NCBI GenBank assembly: GCA_965267575.1
Contig: OZ254086.1
Location: 1,376,001 to 1,440,000 of the forward strand
DNA: 64,000 nt
Origin: Calditrichales bacterium
GTDB taxonomy: Bacteria; Calditrichota; Calditrichia; Calditrichales; J004
Direction of reading: 5' to 3'
Numbering within the stretch: position 1 is the first letter of the stretch; the number at the start of each line of letters is the position of its first letter. The translations under genes and the position numbers were made by a program. The notes beneath the pieces were generated by a model. It had not been told where the DNA came from and did not search any database. It worked only from the letters and a program-made list of their open reading frames with translations. Shown piece after piece: positions 10,036-19,464 of the stretch.

Positions 10036-10103
10036 AATGTACAGGCGCAGGGGGCATTATGTTACGAACCTTTCGATGAACGGTCATATGGTTCGGTGAA
10101 TGA
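10036..10103 (-). promoter_or_regulatory. Candidate LytTR direct-repeat site plus -10 element upstream of the liaF-like operon
   Basis: Minus-strand TCATTCACCGAA (10092-10103) and CCGTTCATCGAA (10072-10083), period 20 nt, followed by TACATT at 10036-10041. Confidence 0.5.
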
Positions 10104-10108
10104 CATTT

Positions 10109-11344
10109 TTAGCCAAAAAGTTTTATTGAAAGCATGTGCTTAAGCTCTTTGGCAGAATCAAAATCCGGCTTGATGTTTAAAGCCTGGTCCACATCATGAA
10201 CGGCGCTAACCCAATCATTCAGGTCGTAGTAAGTCAGCGCGCGCATGTAAAAACATTCATATTGCGATTTATTAATGCTCAATGATTGCTCGAAATCGTC
10301 CAGCGCCTGTTTGTATTTGCCACGCATACGGCAGGTAATGGCGCGGTTATTATAAGCACGGAAATTCTTGTCGTCATAATCCAGGGCCCTGCTGAAATCG
10401 TGCTCGGCCTTTTTGTATTCGGATAAAACAAAATAGGCCATACCACGGTGATTGTAGATTACCGAGCGTACGGGATCTTGCGTTTTCATCCGCAAAATTC
10501 GGGAATAGATCGCAATGGCTTTTTTAAAATTACCGTTACTGTGATACTGTAATCCTTCCAGAAGCAGCTTTTCCAGTGTGCTCTGCGGCTGTGTCGAGGA
10601 AGCCAGATCGAAGGTGCTGTTGCTCAGGTCCGGCTTTTCAACATTATCCAGAAGCGAAATACCCTTGGATATGTCTACCTTGTCCTCAACCGTCTTGCGC
10701 AGTTTAATGCCCTGAAGCTGGGTTTCGCGCTGGTAATCCCGTATTTCCTGGAAGATGACATCAGAAAGAGTGAGGATGGCGTTCAGCGAAGCCAGTTTTC
10801 TTTTTATGGGCTCATTAAGTAGCGAGAAGTTAGCTTTGTAAATCAACTCATGCTCAACCTCGGCCCAGGCATCCTGCAGGATTGTGCGCAACTGAACCTC
10901 GAACACATTGGCCGAAAAGGGCAGCAATTCATCCAGCGTATCGTCAGGAAGGCGAATAAGCATGTGGATAGAATCATAGCCGAATTCACGGAAAGAGTGT
11001 TTCAATCCCTTGCGCTCAATCTCCTGAATTTTAAAATGCTGCGATAAGATATTTTCAACACGGTCCAGGTCCTCCAGGAAGGGACAGATAATGCGCAGGC
11101 CCAGAACATCCGTCAGCTCCGGCCGCGAAGTCATATTTTTGAGACGCAGGATTTTTTCAAAATAGCTGGAGAAGCTTTTAACGCGGTATTTTACGTCGAT
11201 GTCGAGCCCGTTTTGTTCAAGCAGGTTGATGATGCGCTTTTGCAGCTTACGGATAATGACTTCATAGTCCCGGACAATTTTTTCGTAAGCCTGCTCGACT
11301 TTTTTCCGGTTGGGTATGTTTACGCGATTCTTTTTTCTGCTCAT
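10109..11344 (-). CDS. RelA/SpoT-type (p)ppGpp synthetase domain fused to C-terminal TPRs
   Basis: RVKS, DVLGLRI, GYDSIH and EVQLRT-x3-DAWAEVEH synthetase motifs; TPR repeats (YNHRGMAY, AYNNRA). Start moved to MSRKK at 11344. Confidence 0.88.
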   Translation of the reverse strand: MSRKKNRVNIPNRKKVEQAYEKIVRDYEVIIRKLQKRIINLLEQNGLDIDVKYRVKSFSSYFEKILRLKNMTSRPELTDVLGLRIICPFLEDLDRVENILSQHFKIQEIERKGLKHSFREFGYDSIHMLIRLPDDTLDELLPFSANVFEVQLRTILQDAWAEVEHELIYKANFSLLNEPIKRKLASLNAILTLSDVIFQEIRDYQRETQLQGIKLRKTVEDKVDISKGISLLDNVEKPDLSNSTFDLASSTQPQSTLEKLLLEGLQYHSNGNFKKAIAIYSRILRMKTQDPVRSVIYNHRGMAYFVLSEYKKAEHDFSRALDYDDKNFRAYNNRAITCRMRGKYKQALDDFEQSLSINKSQYECFYMRALTYYDLNDWVSAVHDVDQALNIKPDFDSAKELKHMLSIKLFG

Positions 11345-11404
11345 CTCATTCCCGTATTGCGTTGATACATAATATAAAAATAATTCCGGCACATTAAATG
11401 ATTA

Positions 11405-12121
11405 TTAGTCGCTGTATGACCTTAAACGCGACAGCAATTCAGCCGGAATTTCCGCCGAAAAACGGTAGCGCCCCTGATGTAGCAAGTCATTCATTTTTAT
11501 CAGCTCTTCATACCCCGGTCGTCCCACGTCAAAAGGCACTTTTTTTAAACGCGGCTCCTTTTTGCCAAAAGGCGGTTCCGGTTCGGCGGCAAACAGTTCG
11601 CCCCATAAAACAGGCGTGCAGCTGAACAAGACCCCGTGCCACCAGTTGGCTTCCCACCATTCGTTAAGACATTCGTTTATATCCTGAAAAAAGGCGCGGC
11701 TTTCGGCCAGGCGGATGCGTGAACCGGCCCGGGATTTGCCCTTGGTTTTTAAATAGCTGATCTGGGCCTTGCCCTGTTTTTTGCGCACCATATAGCGCCG
11801 GATGGATTTGTGCCGCTCACAAACGCCGTTTTCAAAGGTGCCCACGGCGGCGTAACCGGCCTGAATCAGAAACATCAGGTATGGCGGCGATTGCTCCTGC
11901 CAGGTATCAATATATTTGGTAGATTCCTGCCTGTTTTCGGAAAGGGCCCAAAAAACGGGAACATGAAGCCAGCCCAGGGCGTCTCCCTTTTCGCTGTACA
12001 CATCGATGCGGTTGCGTGATCTATCGATATCGGCAGGAAGATCTGAATTGAGAATAAAACGAAGCAGATTTACAACGGAACTGTAATTTAAGGTTCCTGA
12101 TATATTTTGCTCTTGATCCAT
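11405..12121 (-). CDS. Bacterial VLRF1 (Vms1/ANKZF1-like) release-factor homologue
   Basis: HKSIRRYMVRKKQGKAQ...KSRAGSRIRLAE resembles the Vms1 HK-x2-(H/R)RY-x-VR-x-KQG-x2-Q and S-x-AG-x2-(L/I)R motifs. Confidence 0.8.
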   Translation of the reverse strand: MDQEQNISGTLNYSSVVNLLRFILNSDLPADIDRSRNRIDVYSEKGDALGWLHVPVFWALSENRQESTKYIDTWQEQSPPYLMFLIQAGYAAVGTFENGVCERHKSIRRYMVRKKQGKAQISYLKTKGKSRAGSRIRLAESRAFFQDINECLNEWWEANWWHGVLFSCTPVLWGELFAAEPEPPFGKKEPRLKKVPFDVGRPGYEELIKMNDLLHQGRYRFSAEIPAELLSRLRSYSD

Positions 12122-12188
12122 ATAGGCCCGAAAAACATATTGTAAGGTTTATTAACGGCACCTGAACTTAGTACAATCCGGAGGAAAA

Positions 12189-13298
12189 ATGAAGCGAACG
12201 GTTGCTTTGATTGTAATCTTTTTAACTACAAGCCTTTTTGCCCAGAGTGCCAATTTCGATTTGCGATTAAAAGTGCACAACCCACCGCCCAGCATGAAGG
12301 TTCTTCTAAAAAAGTACAACCTGGCCCAAAACGTACAGCCGCTTATTGATACGCTGGCGCTGGATGCGGATAATTTTTTTCACCAGAAGTTGCAGGTAGA
12401 GCCGGGTATATACCAGCTTCATTTTACCGGTCTGGCAAAGGTGCCGCTGCCTGTGGTGCAGAACGGTCTGATGGGCGTGGTGGTCGATAATCGGGTTAAA
12501 AGCGGACCGGAAATTTTTCACTCCGGCGGCGTGCTGGCGGACATGATTCAGGAGTATGAATATTTCAGGAAGAAGACGTTCGCCAGACTGGTAACACCGG
12601 AACAGAAGAAGCTGGAAAAGGCGCTGAGCGATACATCCGACCTGGACCCGGCGCAGATTACGAGCGAAAAAGATCGCCAGGCGGAAAAATACCGCCAGGA
12701 GCTGGCCGATTTTGCCGCCCAATATTTAAAGAAAAGCGTCGTTTTCCTCTACGCCACCCTGCGAATGGATGAGCGCCACCTGGGCTTGATGAAAGAACAG
12801 CTGGCCTGGTTTCGTGAAAACATGCCGGATTTCGATCACCTGGATGAGCTGGAAGCAAAAATTAAGACCCTGGAAAAGCTGGCCACCGGCGCTGTTGCTC
12901 CGGAGATAACCCTGCCCGACCCGCAAGGCGAAATGCACAGCCTTTCCGGTTTACGCGGCAAGTACGTGCTGCTGGATTTCTGGGCCAGTTGGTGTTTGCC
13001 CTGCCGCCGGGAAAATCCGTTCTACGCCGAGCTATACAATCGTTATAAAAAGGACGGCTTTGATATTTTTTCGGTGGGTCTGGAAACCAACAAGACGCTA
13101 TGGGAGCAGGCCATTAAGCGTGACGGCATGACCTGGACACAGGTTTCCGATTTAGAGGGTTGGGGGAGCGCGGCGGCGGCCGAATATAACGTCACCTCTA
13201 TCCCGGCTAATTTTCTTATTGATCCGCAGGGCAGAATAATTGCCAGGGATTTGCGCGGCAGCCGTCTGGAAGAAAAGCTCCGGGAGCTGTTCGAATAG
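12189..13298 (+). CDS. TlpA-like thiol:disulfide reductase (AhpC/TSA domain), exported
   Basis: Signal peptide; LLDFWASWCLPCRRENP and IPANFLIDPQG. Confidence 0.9.
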   Translation: MKRTVALIVIFLTTSLFAQSANFDLRLKVHNPPPSMKVLLKKYNLAQNVQPLIDTLALDADNFFHQKLQVEPGIYQLHFTGLAKVPLPVVQNGLMGVVVDNRVKSGPEIFHSGGVLADMIQEYEYFRKKTFARLVTPEQKKLEKALSDTSDLDPAQITSEKDRQAEKYRQELADFAAQYLKKSVVFLYATLRMDERHLGLMKEQLAWFRENMPDFDHLDELEAKIKTLEKLATGAVAPEITLPDPQGEMHSLSGLRGKYVLLDFWASWCLPCRRENPFYAELYNRYKKDGFDIFSVGLETNKTLWEQAIKRDGMTWTQVSDLEGWGSAAAAEYNVTSIPANFLIDPQGRIIARDLRGSRLEEKLRELFE

Positions 13299-13304
13299 CC
13301 GCGA

Positions 13305-15122
13305 TCAGGTTTTTTTAAAAAGCAGGATTTTAAAAATACGAGGCCTTTTACGCTGCATATAGACGCTCTTGGAAAGGTGTTCCAGCAATTTCAGCTTGAG
13401 CGATTTGTCGTTTTCGGCCAGGTGCACCATAACATCATCGCCCGGCAGAATAACCGTTTCATGCTCCAGTTTTATTTCAGGGTTTTCCACCAGCAGGGCT
13501 ACTTTCCCGCCCTTTTCACATTGCGCCGCCAGATGCGCAAGGATTTCCGCGTGATTTTTCCAGAGATAGAAAAGACGGATGATGTCATCCTTTTTGCCCA
13601 TTAACTCCAGGCGGTTGATTGCGTCCTGAACATGGCGCGGTATTTTGGCAAACAAGCCCCGTTTTAAGCCCAGTTCACTTTCCAGCTGCTCTTTTTCCTC
13701 CTCGCTCATCGGTCTGCTGCCGATGATATTGGCCTCTTCCGCGCTTTTGTAGGCGCCCTTGCTGTTCAATATGGCGATCAAACGGCGGTCCTTTTCGAAA
13801 ACCCCGCGCAATGGCCAGGACGGTAAAACAGAAATAATGGCCGGATAGTTGCCTTCGGATTCGCTCATCACATCGCTGCAGCTTACAGTTGCCTCTCCCG
13901 TGGTTTTGCGGACAAAGGAGCGCCCTTTATGCAGGAGGAAAATATTGAAACAGATATCGAGAAGGTTCTTCTTGTACACTTCCATGAAGCGGATGGGCTC
14001 TTTTTTGCGCAAAGCCAGCGCCAGCGTGTTAACCAGTGCTGCAAAAAAGAGGCGGTTGACAGCTTCGTTGCGGGTCACAGCGGACATCTCGATTAAAAAC
14101 CGCGTAGCGGCAACAAACTTCAAAGTCATTTCATCGGGGGTGGCGTGGCCCAGCGTTTTAAGTCGCTTACGTTCTTCCGCCCAGAAAGAGAGGAACTGAC
14201 CTTCTGCGCTGTACAGGAAAAGATCTACCTGCGTGGCGGCACTGGCATTCATCAGCATCTTGATTTTACCCTGCATCTCGCCGATAAGCCGGTTGAACTC
14301 CTGGAAATCCACATGACCCTGAACGGCGTTTGCTGCTGCCAGCGCCTGCTGAATGGGATTTATGTCCAAGCCTATCATGTTTTGGCCGGCCAGCATGGCC
14401 TCCACCAAAATCATGCCTTCTCCGCAAAAAGGATTCAGCACGGCTGCATTTTCATCCGCGGCCAGGCTGTTTATCAATGCACGCAGCCAGCGTTTATCCG
14501 AGAAATCATGGACAGCATAACGGCGATCCAGCTGCAACGTGTAGTAATTGCCTTCGCCGGAGTAGGCGATCATTTCCGAAGGGTCTTTTGTGAAAGGCTT
14601 ATCCGGTTTATGCGAAAGTTCATCCTTTAAAATGCGCAGGTCCTGCTCTACTTCGGCCTCAAGCTGCGTGGTGCTGCCAATGTAAAAAGCACGGTCGAGA
14701 AAGTAGGCGTAGCTCCAGAAGCGATAGACGCGCCACAGGTAAATATTGAATTCCTGCAGGGGGCAATTCCTAAGCTCGTTGTTTAAAAAAGGCGGTTCGG
14801 GATCGAGAAGCTGCTGGAAAATGAAAAATTCTTTTATATAGGCCAGGCGACTCACCGCGCGGATCACATCAGGTAAATCTGTTCCGACCCACAAGTAGCC
14901 GTGGCGGCCGCGGCGGGGCAGGGAGTCGGTCAGTGCCTGCTGCAGGGGCAGGTCTTTTTCGACAATACGCTTTACTTCCGGTTGCTGGCTAAGCTGGAAA
15001 ATGTTATCAATAGCTGTTACCGGCCCGACCAGATGCTCGATTTCCCGTGCGGAAAGTTTTTCAACGGCGTCAGGATGTTCGTTGTGGTCGAAGATCTTAA
15101 AGAAAATAAACTTTCTGCGCAT
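13305..15122 (-). CDS. DNA-methyltransferase-like SAM-binding protein with degenerate catalytic motif
   Basis: Motif I-like VLNPFCGEGMILVEA-x6-IGLDINP; the expected TSPPY position reads ISVLPSW; C-terminal KGGKVALLVEN. Confidence 0.6.
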   Translation of the reverse strand: MRRKFIFFKIFDHNEHPDAVEKLSAREIEHLVGPVTAIDNIFQLSQQPEVKRIVEKDLPLQQALTDSLPRRGRHGYLWVGTDLPDVIRAVSRLAYIKEFFIFQQLLDPEPPFLNNELRNCPLQEFNIYLWRVYRFWSYAYFLDRAFYIGSTTQLEAEVEQDLRILKDELSHKPDKPFTKDPSEMIAYSGEGNYYTLQLDRRYAVHDFSDKRWLRALINSLAADENAAVLNPFCGEGMILVEAMLAGQNMIGLDINPIQQALAAANAVQGHVDFQEFNRLIGEMQGKIKMLMNASAATQVDLFLYSAEGQFLSFWAEERKRLKTLGHATPDEMTLKFVAATRFLIEMSAVTRNEAVNRLFFAALVNTLALALRKKEPIRFMEVYKKNLLDICFNIFLLHKGRSFVRKTTGEATVSCSDVMSESEGNYPAIISVLPSWPLRGVFEKDRRLIAILNSKGAYKSAEEANIIGSRPMSEEEKEQLESELGLKRGLFAKIPRHVQDAINRLELMGKKDDIIRLFYLWKNHAEILAHLAAQCEKGGKVALLVENPEIKLEHETVILPGDDVMVHLAENDKSLKLKLLEHLSKSVYMQRKRPRIFKILLFKKT

Positions 15123-15139
15123 AAGCCCCCGAAGATCCG

Positions 15140-16417
15140 CTAGATTAGGGTGTTGTCCGGAATAACCGTGCCTTTGGCTATGATAATGATCCCGTCACGG
15201 ATCGTAAAAAGCTCCTCTTCCGCTTCCTGGCGATTGTCTTTGTTTATGATCTGTACATTGTTGCCAATGCTGCAATTCATATCAATAATCGCGTTGCGGA
15301 TAATACAGTTCTTACCGATGCCCATATTGGGAGACTGGCGGTATTCATTCACAATGCGCTGTTCTATTGTCTCATAACGCGCGTTACCCATTATAATGGA
15401 GCGCTGCACAAGCGTACCTTCATCGATGTATGAACGAATCCCGATGACCGAATTTTCAATAATCGAACCCAGCAGGATCGACCCTTCGGCAATGATGCTT
15501 TGGTTTATCTGACACTTATTGATCTTGGATGCCGGCAGATAGCGCGGACGCGTGTAAAAAGGATAGCGCTCATCGTAAAAGTTAAAGCGCGGCACAGGAT
15601 TTGTGAAATCCATATGGGCGTCAAAAAAGGCCCGCACTGTCCCGATATCTTCCCAGTAGCCGTCAAAAAAGTAGGCCGCTACCTTTTTTCTATCAAGGCA
15701 ATCGGGAATGATCTCCTTGCCGAAATCTTCCTTGTCGTTATCGGCAAGCAGTTCAAAAAGCACCTCTTTTTTGAAAATATAAATCCCCATGGACGCGACA
15801 TGGGAACGTCCTTCGGGTTCTATCTTAAAGTTGCTGAAGAGTTTTTCATCTATGCGGTAATCATCCAGAACTTTCTGCTCTTTCGGCTTTTCATAAAATG
15901 ATGTTATTGTGCCTTTTTCATCGGCTTTCAATATTCCAAAACCACCTGCTTCGCCTTCAAAGATCGGCTTTACGGCGATAGAAATATCCGCTTCCATTTC
16001 AAGGTGAAAATCCAGAAAGGTTTTGTAATCCATCCTGTATAAATGGTCGCCGGAGAGGATGATGATGTTATCCCCGCAATCATGCAGAAAAGAGATGTTT
16101 TTGCGTACGGCATCCGCCGTTCCCTGGTACCAGTCCTGGCTCTCCGCTGTCTGCTGGGCGGCAAGAATGCGTATTGAGCCCTGGCTGAAATTGTCAAAAC
16201 GGTATGTATTGTAAATATGGCGGTGTAATGACTCAGTGTTGAATTGCGTCAGAATAAAGATATCGCGCACACCTGAGTGCAGGCAGTTGCTCATGGGTAT
16301 ATCGATAAGGCGGAATTTACCGCCGATGGGGACGGCCGGTTTAGCGCGCACCTTGGTTAACGGATCAAGGCGTGTGCCCCGACCTCCCCCAAGGATGACA
16401 GCTGACATATTATTCAT
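15140..16417 (-). CDS. glgC: Glucose-1-phosphate adenylyltransferase
   Basis: GGGRGTRL-x-PLT-x2-RAKPAVP, WYQGTADAVR, ILSGDHLY, ASMGIYIF, DFGKEIIP and YWEDIGT. Confidence 0.96.
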   Translation of the reverse strand: MNNMSAVILGGGRGTRLDPLTKVRAKPAVPIGGKFRLIDIPMSNCLHSGVRDIFILTQFNTESLHRHIYNTYRFDNFSQGSIRILAAQQTAESQDWYQGTADAVRKNISFLHDCGDNIIILSGDHLYRMDYKTFLDFHLEMEADISIAVKPIFEGEAGGFGILKADEKGTITSFYEKPKEQKVLDDYRIDEKLFSNFKIEPEGRSHVASMGIYIFKKEVLFELLADNDKEDFGKEIIPDCLDRKKVAAYFFDGYWEDIGTVRAFFDAHMDFTNPVPRFNFYDERYPFYTRPRYLPASKINKCQINQSIIAEGSILLGSIIENSVIGIRSYIDEGTLVQRSIIMGNARYETIEQRIVNEYRQSPNMGIGKNCIIRNAIIDMNCSIGNNVQIINKDNRQEAEEELFTIRDGIIIIAKGTVIPDNTLI

Positions 16418-16430
16418 AGTGGCCTTTCGT

Positions 16431-16778
16431 TTATGAGGATTGAGAAAATTTCAGGATGGCCTGTTCGTCAAATCCGATATGATAGCGATTGTCTTTTTCC
16501 AGCAGCGGCCTGGTGATCATGCTCTGGTTTTGCAGGAGCAGATCAAAAAGCTCTTCATCCTGAATGTCTCTGCCGGAAAGACCCAGCTTTCTGTAGGTTG
16601 TACCTCTTTTATTGACAATCTTTTCAAGACCAAGTTCCTGAGTTATCCCGCTAAGCTTTTCGCGGGTTAGGGGATGTTTCTTAACATCAATAAAAGTATA
16701 AGAAATATTTTTTTTATCCAAGAGAGAACGGGTTTCGCGTATCTTGTTGCAAGAAGGAACACCGTAAAGCGTTATCAA
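16431..16778 (-). CDS. ArsC/Spx family (YffB-like) protein
   Basis: ITLYGVPSC, NKRGTTYRKL, MITRPLL and HIGF. Confidence 0.85.
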   Translation of the reverse strand: MITLYGVPSCNKIRETRSLLDKKNISYTFIDVKKHPLTREKLSGITQELGLEKIVNKRGTTYRKLGLSGRDIQDEELFDLLLQNQSMITRPLLEKDNRYHIGFDEQAILKFSQSS

Positions 16779-16849
16779 AGTATTTCTCCCGGTATGATTA
16801 TTAGCACACTTGTTAATATAAATATGGTATAATCAAAAAGCCATGCAAC

Positions 16850-18040
16850 CTATTCATTAAAAGCCGCGGCAACAACATTGGCTACCAGGCTTCTCAAACG
16901 CACCACGCTGCCTTTATCATGGGGATGTGCGCGGTTTGTTAACAATACGATCGCTAAATCCTTTTCCGGATCTATGACCAGCGATGTACCCGTATAGCCT
17001 GTATGTCCGTAGGCTCCGGCGCTTAGCAAATCGCCCTGGTTGGAGGCGTAGGCGCTGGAAAAATCCCAGCCCAAAGCACGGCCGAATTGTTCATAGCCCT
17101 GCGGAATATGCGTAAGCGCGTGAACCGCGGCAGGACTTAATATGCGTTTCCCGCCCAATGTACCTTTATGCAGCATCATCCGGGCAAAAAGAATAAGATC
17201 ATCCGCAGTGGAGAAGAGTCCGGCATTACCGGACACACACTTCATTGATTCGCGCGCCAGGGGATCATGAACGGTTCCCTTCAGGGGCGTGTCATTAATA
17301 ATCTCCGTCGGGGCACAAAATGCAAGCATCTCGCTATCCGGCTCGTAAAATGTATTGTGCATGCCCAGCGGCTCAAAGATGTTGCGGCTGCAAAAAACAT
17401 CCAGCGATTGCCCGCTGACTTTTTCGACGATCCTTTGCAGTGTCACAAAGTTCAGACAGCTGTACACGAATTTGCTGCCTGGTGCTGAATGGCGTTCCAC
17501 GTGCTGAATATGGTTAAAAAGTATCTCTTCGTCGGCACCGTTGTATTTTTCCCGCAGCATCTCGGGGGCTGCGTATGCAGGCAGGCCGGACGTATGTGTT
17601 AACAGATGAATAAGCCGCACCGGCGCGCGGTTGCCGTTTTCACCGGGTCCGCTCTCGAAGTCCGGGAAAAAGCGTGCAACGCGATCCAGCAAACGCAACT
17701 CGCCTCGCTCTATCAACATCATGATGGCGCTGGCTGTGGCGACCGGCTTGGTGATGGAGGCCAGATCAAAGATCGTTTCCTCCGTCATGGGCGTTTTTTC
17801 CGGGACAAGGCTTTTATGCCCGTAGGCTTTTTTGTAGATCGTTTTATCCTTGTACAGCACGGCAAGTACCGCCCCCGGAATGTCTCCGTTACTAATCGCT
17901 TTCTCAATGACGTCATCGGCGATCGCTAATCGATCACTGTCAAATCCGCCGGAAATGTTCTGTGCCAGCGCAAAATTAGCGGCTATTAACACTGCCATAA
18001 ACTGCGGTGTGATTTTTTCCCTAAGTATATTAAAAATCAT
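16850..18040 (-). CDS. Serine hydrolase, beta-lactamase class C family
   Basis: FDLASITK (SxxK), LLTHTSG, VYSCLNF and GHTGYTG; ATG at 18040 follows GAAGGA. Confidence 0.88.
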   Translation of the reverse strand: MIFNILREKITPQFMAVLIAANFALAQNISGGFDSDRLAIADDVIEKAISNGDIPGAVLAVLYKDKTIYKKAYGHKSLVPEKTPMTEETIFDLASITKPVATASAIMMLIERGELRLLDRVARFFPDFESGPGENGNRAPVRLIHLLTHTSGLPAYAAPEMLREKYNGADEEILFNHIQHVERHSAPGSKFVYSCLNFVTLQRIVEKVSGQSLDVFCSRNIFEPLGMHNTFYEPDSEMLAFCAPTEIINDTPLKGTVHDPLARESMKCVSGNAGLFSTADDLILFARMMLHKGTLGGKRILSPAAVHALTHIPQGYEQFGRALGWDFSSAYASNQGDLLSAGAYGHTGYTGTSLVIDPEKDLAIVLLTNRAHPHDKGSVVRLRSLVANVVAAAFNE

Positions 18041-18125
18041 AATGATACATCCTTCTGCGAAGTTGCTAATATGGGGCAACTCTGTTAAATTTCACTAATT
18101 TACTTTTATCGTCCATGGAGTTGAA

Positions 18126-19445
18126 ATGTCCCGGAAAATCGCGATTCGCAAGGAAAATATAGATCTAACTGAAAAACGCGCACCACTTTCACCCAAACAT
18201 GTCGGTCGTCTCATAAAAGAACACAACATTACGGTTATGGTGGAGTCCTGGCCCAACCGCCACTTTCCTGATCAACAATTTAAAGAAAATGGTGCTTTTA
18301 TTTCCAGCCAATTGGAAGATGCCAACCTGATTCTCGGTGTAAAAGAAGTGCCCATAGACGATTTGATTGAGAATAAGGCGTTTTGTTTCTTTTCCCATAC
18401 CATCAAAGGCCAATCCTATAACATGCCTCTGCTGCGTAAAATTCTGGATATGAACGTTACTTTAATGGATTATGAAAAAGTAACCGATGAAAAAGACCGT
18501 CGCCTGATTTTTTTTGGTCCGTATGCCGGGCTGGCAGGGGCCATTAACGGGCTGTGGCTGCTTGGCCGCCGCCTGGATTGCGAGAATATTGATAATCCGT
18601 TTAGTTTAATTAACCAGGCGCGCAGCTATAAAAACCTGGGAGAAGCCAGGCAGGCGGTACGGCGTTGCGCCGAGCAGATCAAGAAGAATGGATTGCCCGA
18701 TACCGGCAAACCATGGACTATTGCCATAACGGGCAATGGTACCGTCTCACATGGCGCTCAGGAGATTATCGATCTGCTGCCGGTGAAGAATGTTACGCCC
18801 GAAGAATTCCGTAGGATGCAAAAAGACAACAGCTTTGATTTGACCTCTCTGTACAAAGTGGTTATCGATTGCGACAATTTTGTAAAGACCAAAGACCCTA
18901 ATGGCGAATTTGGCTGGGAGGATTATTTTGCCCATCCGGAGAAATATGAAGCCGATTTTGCGCGCTATCTGCCGGATATCACTTTGCTTGTAAATGCCAT
19001 ATTCTGGGACAAAATGTATCCCAGGCTTGTAACGAAGGAAGACATAGCCTCGCTTTGGGAAAAAGACGATCAACCCAACCTGCGCGTTATTGCAGACATA
19101 ACCTGCGACCCGGAAGGCTCGATAGAGTGCACCTTGAAGACAACGACTTCGGAAAACCCGGCGTATGTTTTTCACCCGGAATCGGAAGATCTTGATTATG
19201 GCGTTAAAGGGCGCGGCCCGGTTATTCTGGCCGTTGACAAATTGCCCAGCGAGCTGCCCGAGGAAGCAACACACTTTTTCGCAGACGCGCTTTCGCCTTT
19301 TATCCCGGGCCTGGCAGGCACGGATTTTACAAAGCCGTTTGAAGATCTGGACATGCCGGCGGAATTCAAGCGCGCCGTCATCGCTCATCAGGGCGAGCTG
19401 ACACCGGATTTTGAATATCTCTATCAGTTTTTGCAGGGCTATTGA
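18126..19445 (+). CDS. Lysine-ketoglutarate reductase/saccharopine dehydrogenase (AlaDH/PNT fold)
   Basis: IAIRKE-x5-EKRAPLSP, FFSHTIKGQ-x-YNM, DYEK, G-x-G-x-VS-x-GAQE, IADITCD and AVDKLPSELP. Confidence 0.82.
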   Translation: MSRKIAIRKENIDLTEKRAPLSPKHVGRLIKEHNITVMVESWPNRHFPDQQFKENGAFISSQLEDANLILGVKEVPIDDLIENKAFCFFSHTIKGQSYNMPLLRKILDMNVTLMDYEKVTDEKDRRLIFFGPYAGLAGAINGLWLLGRRLDCENIDNPFSLINQARSYKNLGEARQAVRRCAEQIKKNGLPDTGKPWTIAITGNGTVSHGAQEIIDLLPVKNVTPEEFRRMQKDNSFDLTSLYKVVIDCDNFVKTKDPNGEFGWEDYFAHPEKYEADFARYLPDITLLVNAIFWDKMYPRLVTKEDIASLWEKDDQPNLRVIADITCDPEGSIECTLKTTTSENPAYVFHPESEDLDYGVKGRGPVILAVDKLPSELPEEATHFFADALSPFIPGLAGTDFTKPFEDLDMPAEFKRAVIAHQGELTPDFEYLYQFLQGY

Positions 19446-19464
19446 ACGGAGGCAGCACAAAAAA

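Noticed and set aside
16850-18040. Functional beta-lactamase or resistance gene
   Set aside because: SxxK, YxC and HTG fit the broad serine hydrolase family (esterases and peptidoglycan-recycling enzymes); nothing is specific to AmpC.
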